Shown piece by piece: positions 29,509-39,682 of a stretch of 64,000 bases of DNA. The notes beneath the pieces were generated by a model that worked only from the letters and a program-made list of their open reading frames with translations, was not told the DNA's origin and searched no databases. A program made the position numbers and the translations under genes. Within the stretch, counting starts at the first letter, position 1, and the number at the start of each line of letters is the position of its first letter. Location of the stretch: IMG/VR virus record IMGVR_UViG_3300004151_000006, positions 1 through 64,000 of that record. The stretch is one strand, 5' to 3'.

Positions 29509-30027
29509 ATGAAGAATTTTAATCATAATGATTATCTTAAATCAATGGTAGATTATTTAATCTGTAATCGTGTATTAGTTACAATTAATTTAGATCTTAA
29601 TGGTATCAATATTACAAAAAAAGGTATACTCAAATATGGTATACATGATAATTATCTTTTGGAGGTGCATAATGAAGGTGATTATATTAAATTTATTCCA
29701 ATATCCAAAGATATAGTTTTTTCTGAAATTCAATATTTTGTTACATTGAGTATGCCTATTAAAATTGGAGATCATGTAAAATTTACAGCAGATGCAGATA
29801 TTATATTGAATTATTTTCAAGATTTTAATGTATGTGCTGTTAATGGAGATTATTTTAAAGATGTTGTATTTACTATATCTAACTTTATAAATAAAAATAA
29901 TGGTGCTGATATTTCAATGATATTAAGGGCTGATGGATACGGTAATCCTGGTAAATATGGAAATGGTGGTATTATTGTGTATGGGGAATATAAACGATAT
30001 ATCACAAAAGAGGAGGAACTCACATGA
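29509..30027 (+). CDS. hypothetical protein
   Basis: AAGGAG before ATG 29509. Confidence 0.75.
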   Translation: MKNFNHNDYLKSMVDYLICNRVLVTINLDLNGINITKKGILKYGIHDNYLLEVHNEGDYIKFIPISKDIVFSEIQYFVTLSMPIKIGDHVKFTADADIILNYFQDFNVCAVNGDYFKDVVFTISNFINKNNGADISMILRADGYGNPGKYGNGGIIVYGEYKRYITKEEELT

Positions 30028-30500
30028 TAGGTAAATCAGACGATCCCACAGTATTGCATGTTGGTAATACAGTTATGTTTCATCACCCACATCGTGACAA
30101 TAAAACTATTACGTATTTCAGTGATATAGATAAACCAAATACAGTACCTGGAAACTTTTTTGAAAATACATTATTTGTTATTCGTGATATTATCATTAAA
30201 CCCAGTGAATATAATTCATTAATGATTGAACTGGAAATCACCCATACTGATCTCACATGGGGAACTAATATAGTAATTTGGGTACCTAGTGAATCAGCAA
30301 AGTATATTTATCAATACCCAATGATAAAGGATGTACTCAATGCTGCAGATGAATTGCTTGAAATACTAGAATGGGGACATTCTTACAGTGATACTGATTG
30401 TGGTTATTGTCCCATTTGTAGACAGAGAAAATCTGAAGGTCATGTTGCTACCTGTAAAGTAAAAAAATATAAAGAACTTCGTACTATTTTTGGAGGATAA
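30024..30500 (+). CDS. hypothetical protein with CxxC-x6-GH-x3-C motif
   Basis: GAGGAGG RBS; CPICRQRKSEGHVATC. Confidence 0.75.
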   Translation: MIGKSDDPTVLHVGNTVMFHHPHRDNKTITYFSDIDKPNTVPGNFFENTLFVIRDIIIKPSEYNSLMIELEITHTDLTWGTNIVIWVPSESAKYIYQYPMIKDVLNAADELLEILEWGHSYSDTDCGYCPICRQRKSEGHVATCKVKKYKELRTIFGG

Positions 30501-30505
30501 TCAGT

Positions 30506-30931
30506 ATGACTTTCATATGTCCATTTTTAGCAGATGATATTGATAAACACCCAAATGGATTAAAATCTAATGATATGGTTATTATGGAATTACCAGAAGA
30601 GATTGGGTTTATTAACTTCTATGAAAATTTTGGAATTGATGAATCCTTTTTAAAGAATACAGTACGTACATCTGTAAATGGATTAATTTTTAAAGTGGAA
30701 CAAATATTTAAAGCTAGAAATTGCAATGAACAATATTTTGTAGTAATTACATTACAGTCTAAAGATAGTATTATGGTGCAATCACCAGATCCAGGAAAAT
30801 CTACTGTAAAAGAAATTGAACTATATTGGAGAAACCAATTTATCCAAGATATAAATACTATTATGTTGTTTAAGAAAGATCAAATCGCTTGTTTAAAATT
30901 GATCGATAATAAGGAGAAAACTAATGTCTGA
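30506..30931 (+). CDS. hypothetical protein
   Basis: GGAGG RBS. Confidence 0.7.
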   Translation: MTFICPFLADDIDKHPNGLKSNDMVIMELPEEIGFINFYENFGIDESFLKNTVRTSVNGLIFKVEQIFKARNCNEQYFVVITLQSKDSIMVQSPDPGKSTVKEIELYWRNQFIQDINTIMLFKKDQIACLKLIDNKEKTNV

Positions 30932-31232
30932 TACTAGCCCAAAAATCAGTATGACAGAATCATCTCAAGATTTTACGGCAAACATGCTTGATAAAATCAA
31001 TATTGCTAAATGTATATATGACACTATTATTTCTACTAATGATCTTCAATTGGTGGCATTACAGACCATTGATAAAGTTGGTGAAAACAATTATACTTTT
31101 TCACACACTGTACTTGGCAATCTTGATGTGGCTGATTTGTATGATGAATATATGTTAAAGGAATTGCCTGTGGATGATAAAGATAAACAGCTATTAAAAT
31201 TAATAGAAAAGAAAATGTTAGAAAAAGAATAG
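30924..31232 (+). CDS. hypothetical protein
   Basis: AAGGAG RBS. Confidence 0.7.
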   Translation: MSDTSPKISMTESSQDFTANMLDKINIAKCIYDTIISTNDLQLVALQTIDKVGENNYTFSHTVLGNLDVADLYDEYMLKELPVDDKDKQLLKLIEKKMLEKE

Positions 31233-31240
31233 ATCATATT

Positions 31241-31272
31241 TGGACATGGGAGGCACGTGCCTCCCATGTCCA
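31241..31272. terminator. perfect 32-nt palindrome
   Basis: tggacatgggaggcac|gtgcctcccatgtcca; TATATTAT follows at 31288. Confidence 0.75.
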
Positions 31273-31413
31273 TCACTCTTTCATCTATATATTATTTTTT
31301 TGAAGATTTAATAATAGTCTATATTTGACCCATATAACTAAGCACCTTTAAATTTATATTTGATGATTATCTAATGTAAGGGTAGTACCCCAGATAACAG
31401 GGAGGAACAAATC

Positions 31414-33918
31414 TTGAGTATCAGTGCCTATAGTTCTGATAGTATTGTGACCAATGAAGGACTGGAAGTCATCAGGAATCGTCCCACACAATTTGTACCT
31501 ACAAGAGATTATCAGGGTCAAGTACATACTGCAAAAGAGCCAATTGATAATAGTAATGATGAACTCAATCAATTGAAAGGTGGAACAATCACTGTCGTAA
31601 TGTTTAGGGATCGTGCTAAAGATAGATATCAGCTCCTTATTTCAGATACTGGACGTGGTATCCCTATCAGTGATGGTGCATTTCTTAGGGCACTCACAGT
31701 ACTCAATACTTCAGGTAAGTTTTCTATGGATGGTGCCTATCAAGGTAGTGGTGGTCTATTTGGTATTGGTGGTAAAGTACCCGCAGCATTATCTACAAGA
31801 TTTAAAGCATTATCTAGACGCGATAAAGGTACGGGTCTCCTTTATTTGGAAGACAGTGTCACTAAAGAATATGTGGTAGATACCAAGATTAGAAATCTAA
31901 GCACTGGTGTAGTTATTTGTTATGAAATTGATCCTCAGTTTTTTAATGATCTCCCATATTTCATGGAGACTGGATATTTAGATATTATTCAATTATTTCA
32001 ATTATGGGGAATATTTAATAATTTTCATTATATCTTTAAGATCTGTGACTTTCCTATTGAGGAAGGGTTTTGGAAAGCTGATATTGAAAAGAGTGAATCC
32101 ATTCTTGTACCATATATTCATGGATGTCCAATTGGGTGCATTGTAGTCTATGATAGTAATCTTATCAACCCTGATGATTATCTTCTTACCTATTTTAACA
32201 TCGATCCACCTATCATTTGGAAAACAGAGTTTAGAAAAGAATGTGATCTTCGAGTAGATAATTGTGCCTACATCATCAAGATGTTTATGACAAAGAAATT
32301 GGGCTATGATAAGATTGGGCTCATCAATAATATCTTTCCTAAAAATCAAGATAGTAGTACACATGTCTCTAGTTTTTATAAAGTATTAAATCAATATCTC
32401 GCACCTTTCATTGAAGATAAAGATCTTCAAAAGTTCTTTATAGAGGTAAATTATAAAATACCCATTTATGTAGCACTCAGTGTAAAACGTAATGGTGCAG
32501 AATTTAGTGGCACTACTAAAGATGCATATATTGATATGGAATTTGGTAAAATCTATGAAATGGAATTGCATAAATCATTCAAAGCTACTAAAAATGAAAT
32601 CTGGATAGAATTAGTATCATTATTTTTAGATGATCTTCAAGATAAATTTGATAGATATCATAATCGTGGTAGTACCACAAAACAAACTAGTCTTCTTACA
32701 TTAAAACTTAATGCGGGTAAAAAGTTTAGTCCATGTAGAAAAACTGGACCAAATGCAGAACTGTTTATTGTAGAAGGAGAATCTGCTTCTGGTATCATTG
32801 AAGGTAGAAATGCTGATTTTCAAGCAGTGTGGCAAATGCGTGGTAAGATCAAAAATATGATGGAAGATATCTTAAATGTACAACAAGCTAAAAAGAATAT
32901 CAAGAATAATAAATTCTATCAAGATTTTATCAAGATCATCAATTATGATCCCTATAACGATCCAGAACTTAAAAATCTCAATTATGGGAAAATCATATTT
33001 ACAATGGATGCCGATCCAGATGGAGCGCACATCGTATCACTCAATGTAAGTAATCTTTATCTCTTAGAACCAAAGCTTATTGAAATGGGCTTTATATGGA
33101 TAGCCACACCACCCCTTTATGAGATGCGTATTGGTAAAAATGGTCCAAAGAAATATCTTCGTGATAAAGTAGCACTCATTGACACAAAAGTTCAATATGT
33201 TTATAAAACAGTACTTGATATTAAATTAGAACTCGAAGATAAAAAGCTAGTAAATTTAAATGAAAGTGCATATAGAGACTTCTGTTATTTGGTTAATGAA
33301 TTTGGTGAGAAGTTAGAATACAGTGCAAAGCTTTTGGGTACTACACCAATGATCTTAGAAAGACTTTTATATGGATATGAATATCTCTTTCCTACCATTG
33401 ATATTGACGGGCTCAATAATCATTTTGGTGTAGATCATGCTAATTGGTTTACTAGACTTCATTATGATCCAAGTAATCAAATGCTTATCATTAGTATTGA
33501 AGATGTGGATCATCCAATCTCTATGAATGATCTTACCAAAGAGATACATCAGTCACTTTTTTATTATGTGAAGAAATATAAATTTGGTAAATGGTGGCCA
33601 GTGCTCACTTCTAAATTAGATGCTAAAAATGGACTTAATAAAGAATATTGCACACCCATTCAAGTATATCACTATTTCAAAACTATGGATAATATGATCC
33701 AAATAGATCGTATCAAGGGTCTTGGTCTACTTAATCCAGAAGATGTCATTGCTACCATCACTGATAAAAATACCAGATCATTATATCACGTTACTTCCAT
33801 TGGAGATGTAGAGCATATTTGTCATCTCATGGGAGATGACAGCAGTAATCGAAAGAAGATCTTGTTTGATACCAATATGGAGATGAAACTCCATGCATAT
33901 GGTACATCTCCTGTGTAA
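31414..33918 (+). CDS. gyrB: type IIA topoisomerase subunit B (GyrB-like)
   Basis: GHKL motifs EPIDNSNDE, DTGRGIP, GGLFGIGG; TOPRIM FIVEGESA, RGKIKN, DADPDGAHI; RIKGLG; GGAGG + TTG start. Confidence 0.92.
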   Translation: MSISAYSSDSIVTNEGLEVIRNRPTQFVPTRDYQGQVHTAKEPIDNSNDELNQLKGGTITVVMFRDRAKDRYQLLISDTGRGIPISDGAFLRALTVLNTSGKFSMDGAYQGSGGLFGIGGKVPAALSTRFKALSRRDKGTGLLYLEDSVTKEYVVDTKIRNLSTGVVICYEIDPQFFNDLPYFMETGYLDIIQLFQLWGIFNNFHYIFKICDFPIEEGFWKADIEKSESILVPYIHGCPIGCIVVYDSNLINPDDYLLTYFNIDPPIIWKTEFRKECDLRVDNCAYIIKMFMTKKLGYDKIGLINNIFPKNQDSSTHVSSFYKVLNQYLAPFIEDKDLQKFFIEVNYKIPIYVALSVKRNGAEFSGTTKDAYIDMEFGKIYEMELHKSFKATKNEIWIELVSLFLDDLQDKFDRYHNRGSTTKQTSLLTLKLNAGKKFSPCRKTGPNAELFIVEGESASGIIEGRNADFQAVWQMRGKIKNMMEDILNVQQAKKNIKNNKFYQDFIKIINYDPYNDPELKNLNYGKIIFTMDADPDGAHIVSLNVSNLYLLEPKLIEMGFIWIATPPLYEMRIGKNGPKKYLRDKVALIDTKVQYVYKTVLDIKLELEDKKLVNLNESAYRDFCYLVNEFGEKLEYSAKLLGTTPMILERLLYGYEYLFPTIDIDGLNNHFGVDHANWFTRLHYDPSNQMLIISIEDVDHPISMNDLTKEIHQSLFYYVKKYKFGKWWPVLTSKLDAKNGLNKEYCTPIQVYHYFKTMDNMIQIDRIKGLGLLNPEDVIATITDKNTRSLYHVTSIGDVEHICHLMGDDSSNRKKILFDTNMEMKLHAYGTSPV

Positions 33919-33933
33919 TATGTTGGATAAACA

Positions 33934-33958
33934 TGGGGTGGAGTATAACTCCACCCCA
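33934..33958. terminator. GC-rich hairpin
   Basis: tggggtggagt-ata-actccacccca after gyrB stop. Confidence 0.7.
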
Positions 33959-33973
33959 ATGACATAGGAGGAT

Positions 33974-34702
33974 GTGTATATCAACATGGGGCCACTACAA
34001 GCATATCTAGAAGAAAATAGATTCCTTTATGATAAAATACCGTTGTCACATGATCATGGTCTATTGGGCATACAAGCTATATTACCACCACTCATTTCAT
34101 TTATACGTAGATACAATCATCAACAAGATCTCACATTATTTAATTGTATCACTGAAGCACAATTGGATATGGGAATGGAATCTATCAATCAATATACTGA
34201 TATTCCAACACTTGATCATAAACTTTTACGTCAACCACGATGTGATATGCGTACACTTTATACTTGGTTAAATTTGTTTTCACAAATCTTAAATTACAAC
34301 CATAAATATCAGGAAGAACATCATAAACACTTTAACCATTTGTGGTATTTTCTCCCACATTTTTGCATACAGAAACCAATTAATATTGGTGGTTATGAAC
34401 CCGGTCATATTTTATCTGATAATATGTGGTTGCTACTTAACAACGTAGTATCTAATACTTTATACAATAAAAATTCATATGCATCTGATACTCGTTTAAC
34501 AGAACACTTTGTTGTTATTGCTAAATACTTTGAAAATGATATATGGGAAGACACAAATATTTGTATTGATAGTGCTTTTTACTATCTACAGAAAATCGGT
34601 ATTATTTGTTTAATGACTAGAGTATTTGATATCCCAAATATAGAAGTATCTTTTAAAAATGAGTTATATGATCATTTGATTCGTATTATTCCTTCTATGT
34701 AA
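33974..34702 (+). CDS. hypothetical protein
   Basis: 242 aa, AGGAGG upstream; start may be ATG 33986. Confidence 0.75.
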   Translation: MYINMGPLQAYLEENRFLYDKIPLSHDHGLLGIQAILPPLISFIRRYNHQQDLTLFNCITEAQLDMGMESINQYTDIPTLDHKLLRQPRCDMRTLYTWLNLFSQILNYNHKYQEEHHKHFNHLWYFLPHFCIQKPINIGGYEPGHILSDNMWLLLNNVVSNTLYNKNSYASDTRLTEHFVVIAKYFENDIWEDTNICIDSAFYYLQKIGIICLMTRVFDIPNIEVSFKNELYDHLIRIIPSM

Positions 34703-34730
34703 TACGGCATTACCCTACGAGGAGCGTGAC

Positions 34731-35708
34731 ATGGGAAAAAAGGACGCTATCGTCCTAGTTTCCAATGAGATAGAGACCCACACATCTGCTCTATCTCCGG
34801 CTAAAACTATTTTACCTGATCATATTGATATGACCCCAGCTAATATGCAAAAATCATTTTTAAATAAATTTATAGCAAACCAGCAGGTGTATACTTTACT
34901 TAAAGATATGAAGCGTAGTGGTAATCTTCTTTATACTCCAAAGGATATAGCTAGTGTTACACACCCATTAGCTAAACTCATTCGTATGATCTTTGTAGAG
35001 CAACGTATTACTGATAGATATTTAGAAGATATGCATAGTCTGTTTCGACTCAATCAAGATTTTCCACAAAATGAAATTAATAGTGACAGAAACAATCTTC
35101 GTAAAGCACTCACTAAAAATGAGATCACATATTCATTCTTTGAAAAAGTGTTGGGTGTGTTTGAAGCACATGTCGTGGATGTTATAGCTACAATACGTCT
35201 TTCTAATGGTGATACATATATCTATCGTAAAAATAAAGATTTCTCTAATCCACCATTTCCAGTAATCACATTAGAAATGATTTACAATATGGATGAGAGT
35301 GGATATTCACCAAATACTTCACCAATATATCCAGCTGAATCCATATATGAAACTACACACCCAATAGCCATGCTCATTCATATGTATTGTGTACATCAGA
35401 AAATCTCTATGGAGCATTTCTATTTTGTATTCAATGAATATTATACTCATTTAGGTTATACTTCCAATAGAGTTAATGCACATCGAAATAATTCTGTAAG
35501 ACAGTATTTTATCTCTAGCCCCACATTTAAAGCTTGGGAAAAATTCAATACTGTAATGGGTAATACACTTAAAGATTTCGGTGTTGTTATCCGACATAAA
35601 GACGGTACCGTAGTACAGTATATGGTATCAGATGCTAAACGTATCATCGATGCTAATGCATATCTTGATGATATCCATCTTGGAGAAACTGAATGGTCAC
35701 CACCCTGA
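34731..35708 (+). CDS. protein with two tandem copies of a phiKZ-like helical domain
   Basis: THPLAKLIRM...DRNN...TYSFFEKV...IRLSNG and THPIAMLIHM...HRNN...TFKAWEKF...IRHKDG. Confidence 0.75.
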   Translation: MGKKDAIVLVSNEIETHTSALSPAKTILPDHIDMTPANMQKSFLNKFIANQQVYTLLKDMKRSGNLLYTPKDIASVTHPLAKLIRMIFVEQRITDRYLEDMHSLFRLNQDFPQNEINSDRNNLRKALTKNEITYSFFEKVLGVFEAHVVDVIATIRLSNGDTYIYRKNKDFSNPPFPVITLEMIYNMDESGYSPNTSPIYPAESIYETTHPIAMLIHMYCVHQKISMEHFYFVFNEYYTHLGYTSNRVNAHRNNSVRQYFISSPTFKAWEKFNTVMGNTLKDFGVVIRHKDGTVVQYMVSDAKRIIDANAYLDDIHLGETEWSPP

Positions 35709-35796
35709 TCGTGAGTATCATGTGTGTATTGGGTGTATATTTACTACATTTATTGGAAAAATATTACAATAAAAGAAAATGATATCCATGATTAGC

Positions 35797-35826
35797 TGTG
35801 GGTGTGGGGTGATACCCACACCCACA
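35797..35826. terminator. GC-rich hairpin
   Basis: tgtgggtgtggg-gtgata-cccacacccaca, then ctttatttt. Confidence 0.65.
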
Positions 35827-35887
35827 CATATCTCTTTATTTTCACAACTTTTTACTATGGTATAGCTTATTCAAATAGGAGATATGC

Positions 35888-38167
35888 ATGGCAAAGCTAC
35901 GCGATATCAATAAACCAATGGACGTAGAGATCATTGACGCTAAACGAGTAGAAGACATCAGTTCTTCTGATTTAGTTGATGGTCAGATGCGTATTTATAC
36001 TGAAGATCTTGTATCAAGACAATACCCCCATGTCATTGATGGATTAAAGAAAGTGCAAAGACGTATTCTTTGGGTCCTTAATACATCAGATGAATTATTC
36101 AATTTGATTCGTATCATCGGACATACTGAAGATCTCCACACAAGTGGTGATAGTTCTATTTATTCTGCTTTAGTCCGTATGGCACAACCTTTCCATACTG
36201 GTCATCCATTGATTTTCATCAAAGGTAACGGTGGTTCTTATTCTAAAGAACAAGCTGCACACCCACGTTATATTCAAGTGAGCACCACTGAATTTGGTCG
36301 GGACATTCTTTTTAATAGATGTGTTAAAAAAGCTTTACCTTTAGTATATTCAAAAAACTTTGATAGTGAAGAACCACTGTATTTTATTCCATGTATACCT
36401 ACAGCTCTTCTGTATAATCACTTGACCATTGGTATCGGTTATAAATCAGAATCGCCACAACTCAATCTCAATAACTTATGTGAGTTAGTTATGAAACAAG
36501 TCGATATTCGCACTTCTACTTTTGGATTACAGGTGCCACACAATATCATTGCTAAATATTTGATACCTGATTTTCCAATCAATAATTATTTGATGAATAG
36601 AGATGAACTTTTAAAAGAATATGGTCAGGGTAATTTTGAGCATCCAATCAGACTGAATGGAATGATGGAATTTACAAATAACTCTATTGTACTTAAGGCA
36701 TGTGCTTATGGTGTGTCATATTACACATTATATTGTAATTTAACTGATAAACTTACAGATTCAAAGATCAAACATTGGTTACTCAATTATATTAATGGAT
36801 ATAGTGATTTTAGTGATAAAGAACCAAATTTTACTATTGACTTTAAAAATAAAGTAGATATCTTTGAACTATTGAGTAAGCTCCGTGCTACATTGGAAAT
36901 AGAAGGTGCTATTCATCCACGTTATTATTATACTTATGATGATAATCCCTTACATAAGACTCCACCACAGCTTCTCAGTATTTGGTATGATGAAAGAAAA
37001 CGTTCCATTCTTAGTGGTATTAAATATCAACACATGCAACTGACTCAGAATAAATTAGAGAAACAAGCCAGACTTATTATCTGTGAAAGAACTGATGATG
37101 TTATTCATATCTTACGTAACAGTGAAAATCCAATTAAAGAACTGACTGATACATTTCCCACACTCACCAAATATCAAGCTACTATCATTTACAATGCACC
37201 CATGCACACACTCACAAAACTCTCTAAGATCAAGATAGAAGAAGATATTGCTAGGATTGATCTTTCTATCCAAGATACGGTAGCTCGATATGGAAAGATC
37301 GATGAAACTATTTACAATGATGCACAATATGTAAAAAAGAAATATGGTAAGAAACGTATGACTAAATTCATAGATGAAATGATCGGATATGTTAAAGTGG
37401 GTGATACTGGTATCATGCAATATGAATCACCAGAAGATCTTTATGCTATCTTAAGTAGAAATCCGAATAATAGTAAAGCTATCCAGATATTTACTTATCA
37501 CCCATATCTTCCAAATAAGGTAGCATATTCTGAACAAAAAGCTTTAAAATATAAATACACTACCATACCTAAAGAATTCAAAGGTACTGCGGTACTTGAA
37601 TATCCAAACAATCCAGTGACATTTTGTCGTATTGAAGATGGGTCTGCATTCATACCTGGTATCAAGATACCCAATGATAATCAAAAACGTGGAGAGTTTC
37701 AATATACCACTAAGAAGTGTTATGGACTTACTTTAAATGGCAATGTCATTGAATTAGATGAATCAAGCATCTCTTCTAGAAAATCTATCTCTAGAGGTGC
37801 AAAATCTAATATCATTTATGTAATCCCTGGTAATTGTAAAGATATGATAGTATTTCATATGCATCCACTTGAACCCAATACTTTACGGATGGATCGTATC
37901 CTTCATAATGACAATTTAGGTAAGTGTGTATTTACACCCACCAATGCTCTTCAGGTACTTGATATCCAACCTGTCAATACCAATTTTATTGCTTTAAATA
38001 TCCCGCAAGACTGTATCAATAAAGTAGCTATTGAACATCTCATTATTGAAAATGTAAAAGGTTTCTTTGAAAATGGTCCCATGAATCTGATCATCAATTT
38101 GAGTAGAGGATCTAAGCAATTGAAAAAACATCCTGATCTTCAGAAAATGAGTATATTAAAAGGTTGA
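35888..38167 (+). CDS. gyrA: type IIA topoisomerase subunit A (GyrA-like)
   Basis: DGLKKVQRRILW, HTSGDSSIYSALVRMAQ, AAHPRY (catalytic Tyr), PTALL, PDFP. Confidence 0.92.
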   Translation: MAKLRDINKPMDVEIIDAKRVEDISSSDLVDGQMRIYTEDLVSRQYPHVIDGLKKVQRRILWVLNTSDELFNLIRIIGHTEDLHTSGDSSIYSALVRMAQPFHTGHPLIFIKGNGGSYSKEQAAHPRYIQVSTTEFGRDILFNRCVKKALPLVYSKNFDSEEPLYFIPCIPTALLYNHLTIGIGYKSESPQLNLNNLCELVMKQVDIRTSTFGLQVPHNIIAKYLIPDFPINNYLMNRDELLKEYGQGNFEHPIRLNGMMEFTNNSIVLKACAYGVSYYTLYCNLTDKLTDSKIKHWLLNYINGYSDFSDKEPNFTIDFKNKVDIFELLSKLRATLEIEGAIHPRYYYTYDDNPLHKTPPQLLSIWYDERKRSILSGIKYQHMQLTQNKLEKQARLIICERTDDVIHILRNSENPIKELTDTFPTLTKYQATIIYNAPMHTLTKLSKIKIEEDIARIDLSIQDTVARYGKIDETIYNDAQYVKKKYGKKRMTKFIDEMIGYVKVGDTGIMQYESPEDLYAILSRNPNNSKAIQIFTYHPYLPNKVAYSEQKALKYKYTTIPKEFKGTAVLEYPNNPVTFCRIEDGSAFIPGIKIPNDNQKRGEFQYTTKKCYGLTLNGNVIELDESSISSRKSISRGAKSNIIYVIPGNCKDMIVFHMHPLEPNTLRMDRILHNDNLGKCVFTPTNALQVLDIQPVNTNFIALNIPQDCINKVAIEHLIIENVKGFFENGPMNLIINLSRGSKQLKKHPDLQKMSILKG

Positions 38168-38170
38168 TAC

Positions 38171-38198
38171 TGGATGGGGTACATACGTACCCCATCCA
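38171..38198. terminator. GC-rich hairpin
   Basis: tggatggggtac-atac-gtaccccatcca after gyrA stop. Confidence 0.7.
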
Positions 38199-38211
38199 TA
38201 GGAGAAACTCT

Positions 38212-39009
38212 ATGCCAAATGGTATTTTAGTTTGTGATAAGTGTTTTACAGTCATCCACAGCAAATCGGACATAGCTAAACACAATGCCTGTTGTTTGGG
38301 TGAACTTGGGGAAATAGATGAACACCTCTGTGATGCGATGTTAGAACTGTGGAAAATGGGAATACAAACATTCTGGTGTTGTCAGGGACACCATTATGAT
38401 GATCACTTTTCTAGACCATATGTCGTTATGACTAAAGCAGTAATGCCCTTTGCAATTGAATTGAAAAAAGATGAAAAGTATAAAATGATAAAACTAAGAA
38501 GGAACTATTATAAATCCAATGAATTACTTATTGAGATCCCCTTAATAAGAGCATATCATTCACCATATCACATTTTAGAACTTATGTTGATTTTTGTAAG
38601 ATTTATTAATAACTTGGTGGTACTTATTAAAAATGCAGATACTTCCAAATTAAATAACCCAACACAAATCAAGTATAAATATAAAGGAACTTATGCCAAT
38701 ATCTGTTTTAAATGCTGGGGAGATGATACCCAATGGGTCATCTATGATTTTAAAGATTTTCCAACACAAGATGCATATAAAAAATGGTCTCCAATTAAAG
38801 TGTTCACAGAAGATAATAAATTATATATAGTAAGAAAAAACAGTACTAAAATATATAACCATGGAGAACAGATCACTAAAGAAGCTACATATGATTTACA
38901 TTTTAGCATTATTGAAGGTTTATGTTTTGCTAAAAAATCAAGAGTGCGACACAGAAATAGGGCTTTTAGAAAAAAGAATGCACTCATTCGTAGAGAAATA
39001 GAATGTTAA
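38212..39009 (+). CDS. hypothetical protein with Tyw3-like ID...T..CCxGH motif
   Basis: IDEHLCDAMLELWKMGIQTFWCCQGH; AGGAG before ATG 38212. Confidence 0.6.
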   Translation: MPNGILVCDKCFTVIHSKSDIAKHNACCLGELGEIDEHLCDAMLELWKMGIQTFWCCQGHHYDDHFSRPYVVMTKAVMPFAIELKKDEKYKMIKLRRNYYKSNELLIEIPLIRAYHSPYHILELMLIFVRFINNLVVLIKNADTSKLNNPTQIKYKYKGTYANICFKCWGDDTQWVIYDFKDFPTQDAYKKWSPIKVFTEDNKLYIVRKNSTKIYNHGEQITKEATYDLHFSIIEGLCFAKKSRVRHRNRAFRKKNALIRREIEC

Positions 39010-39629
39010 ATCAATATCAAAACATCAATACTGACTCTACTGAAATATTAGAAGAGAATGCTCTAATATTTAGAAAGGTATCTGAACCCTTTGGTGAACT
39101 TCACAACATGCATAATGGATTTCCACTTACGGTCATGGAGCACCGTATCAAATCTAGTGAAGCACTTTATCAGATGTTAAAATATCCACACCACAGTGAT
39201 GTACAACACAGTATCAACAATCAACCCCATGCATATGTAGCTAAGAGATATGCATATCACTATGATAGTCATAAAAGATCTGATTGGTTTGATGTTAGTG
39301 TACCTATTATGTATTGGGTAGTCAAACTCAAAGTACTCTTTTATTGGAAGATATTCTCACCCATTTATGTTCAGCATCCAAAAATTAATATTGTAGAATG
39401 GTCTAAGAAAGAAGAATTCTGGGGAGCTAAACTCAAACAAGGTATCTTTTATGGATCTAATGTATTGGGTAAAATACACATGTGTATCAGTGATGAAATA
39501 AATGAACTCTATCCACAAGTACAATCTTCTTCAAACAGTTTTATATATACTCTAGAACCTTTGAATATTCCGGACTTTAAATTATTCAATAAATTTATCC
39601 CACCAATAGATTTAGTATTAGAAAAATGA
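39003..39629 (+). CDS. NADAR (DUF1768/YbiA-like) family protein
   Basis: FGELHNM, SSEALYQ, RSDW, IVEWS..FWGA, GSNVLGKIHM. Confidence 0.88.
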   Translation: MLNQYQNINTDSTEILEENALIFRKVSEPFGELHNMHNGFPLTVMEHRIKSSEALYQMLKYPHHSDVQHSINNQPHAYVAKRYAYHYDSHKRSDWFDVSVPIMYWVVKLKVLFYWKIFSPIYVQHPKINIVEWSKKEEFWGAKLKQGIFYGSNVLGKIHMCISDEINELYPQVQSSSNSFIYTLEPLNIPDFKLFNKFIPPIDLVLEK

Positions 39630-39682
39630 TATTACAATATTATTTTAACAATCTGATAATTATCTATTAAGGAGGTATATTT

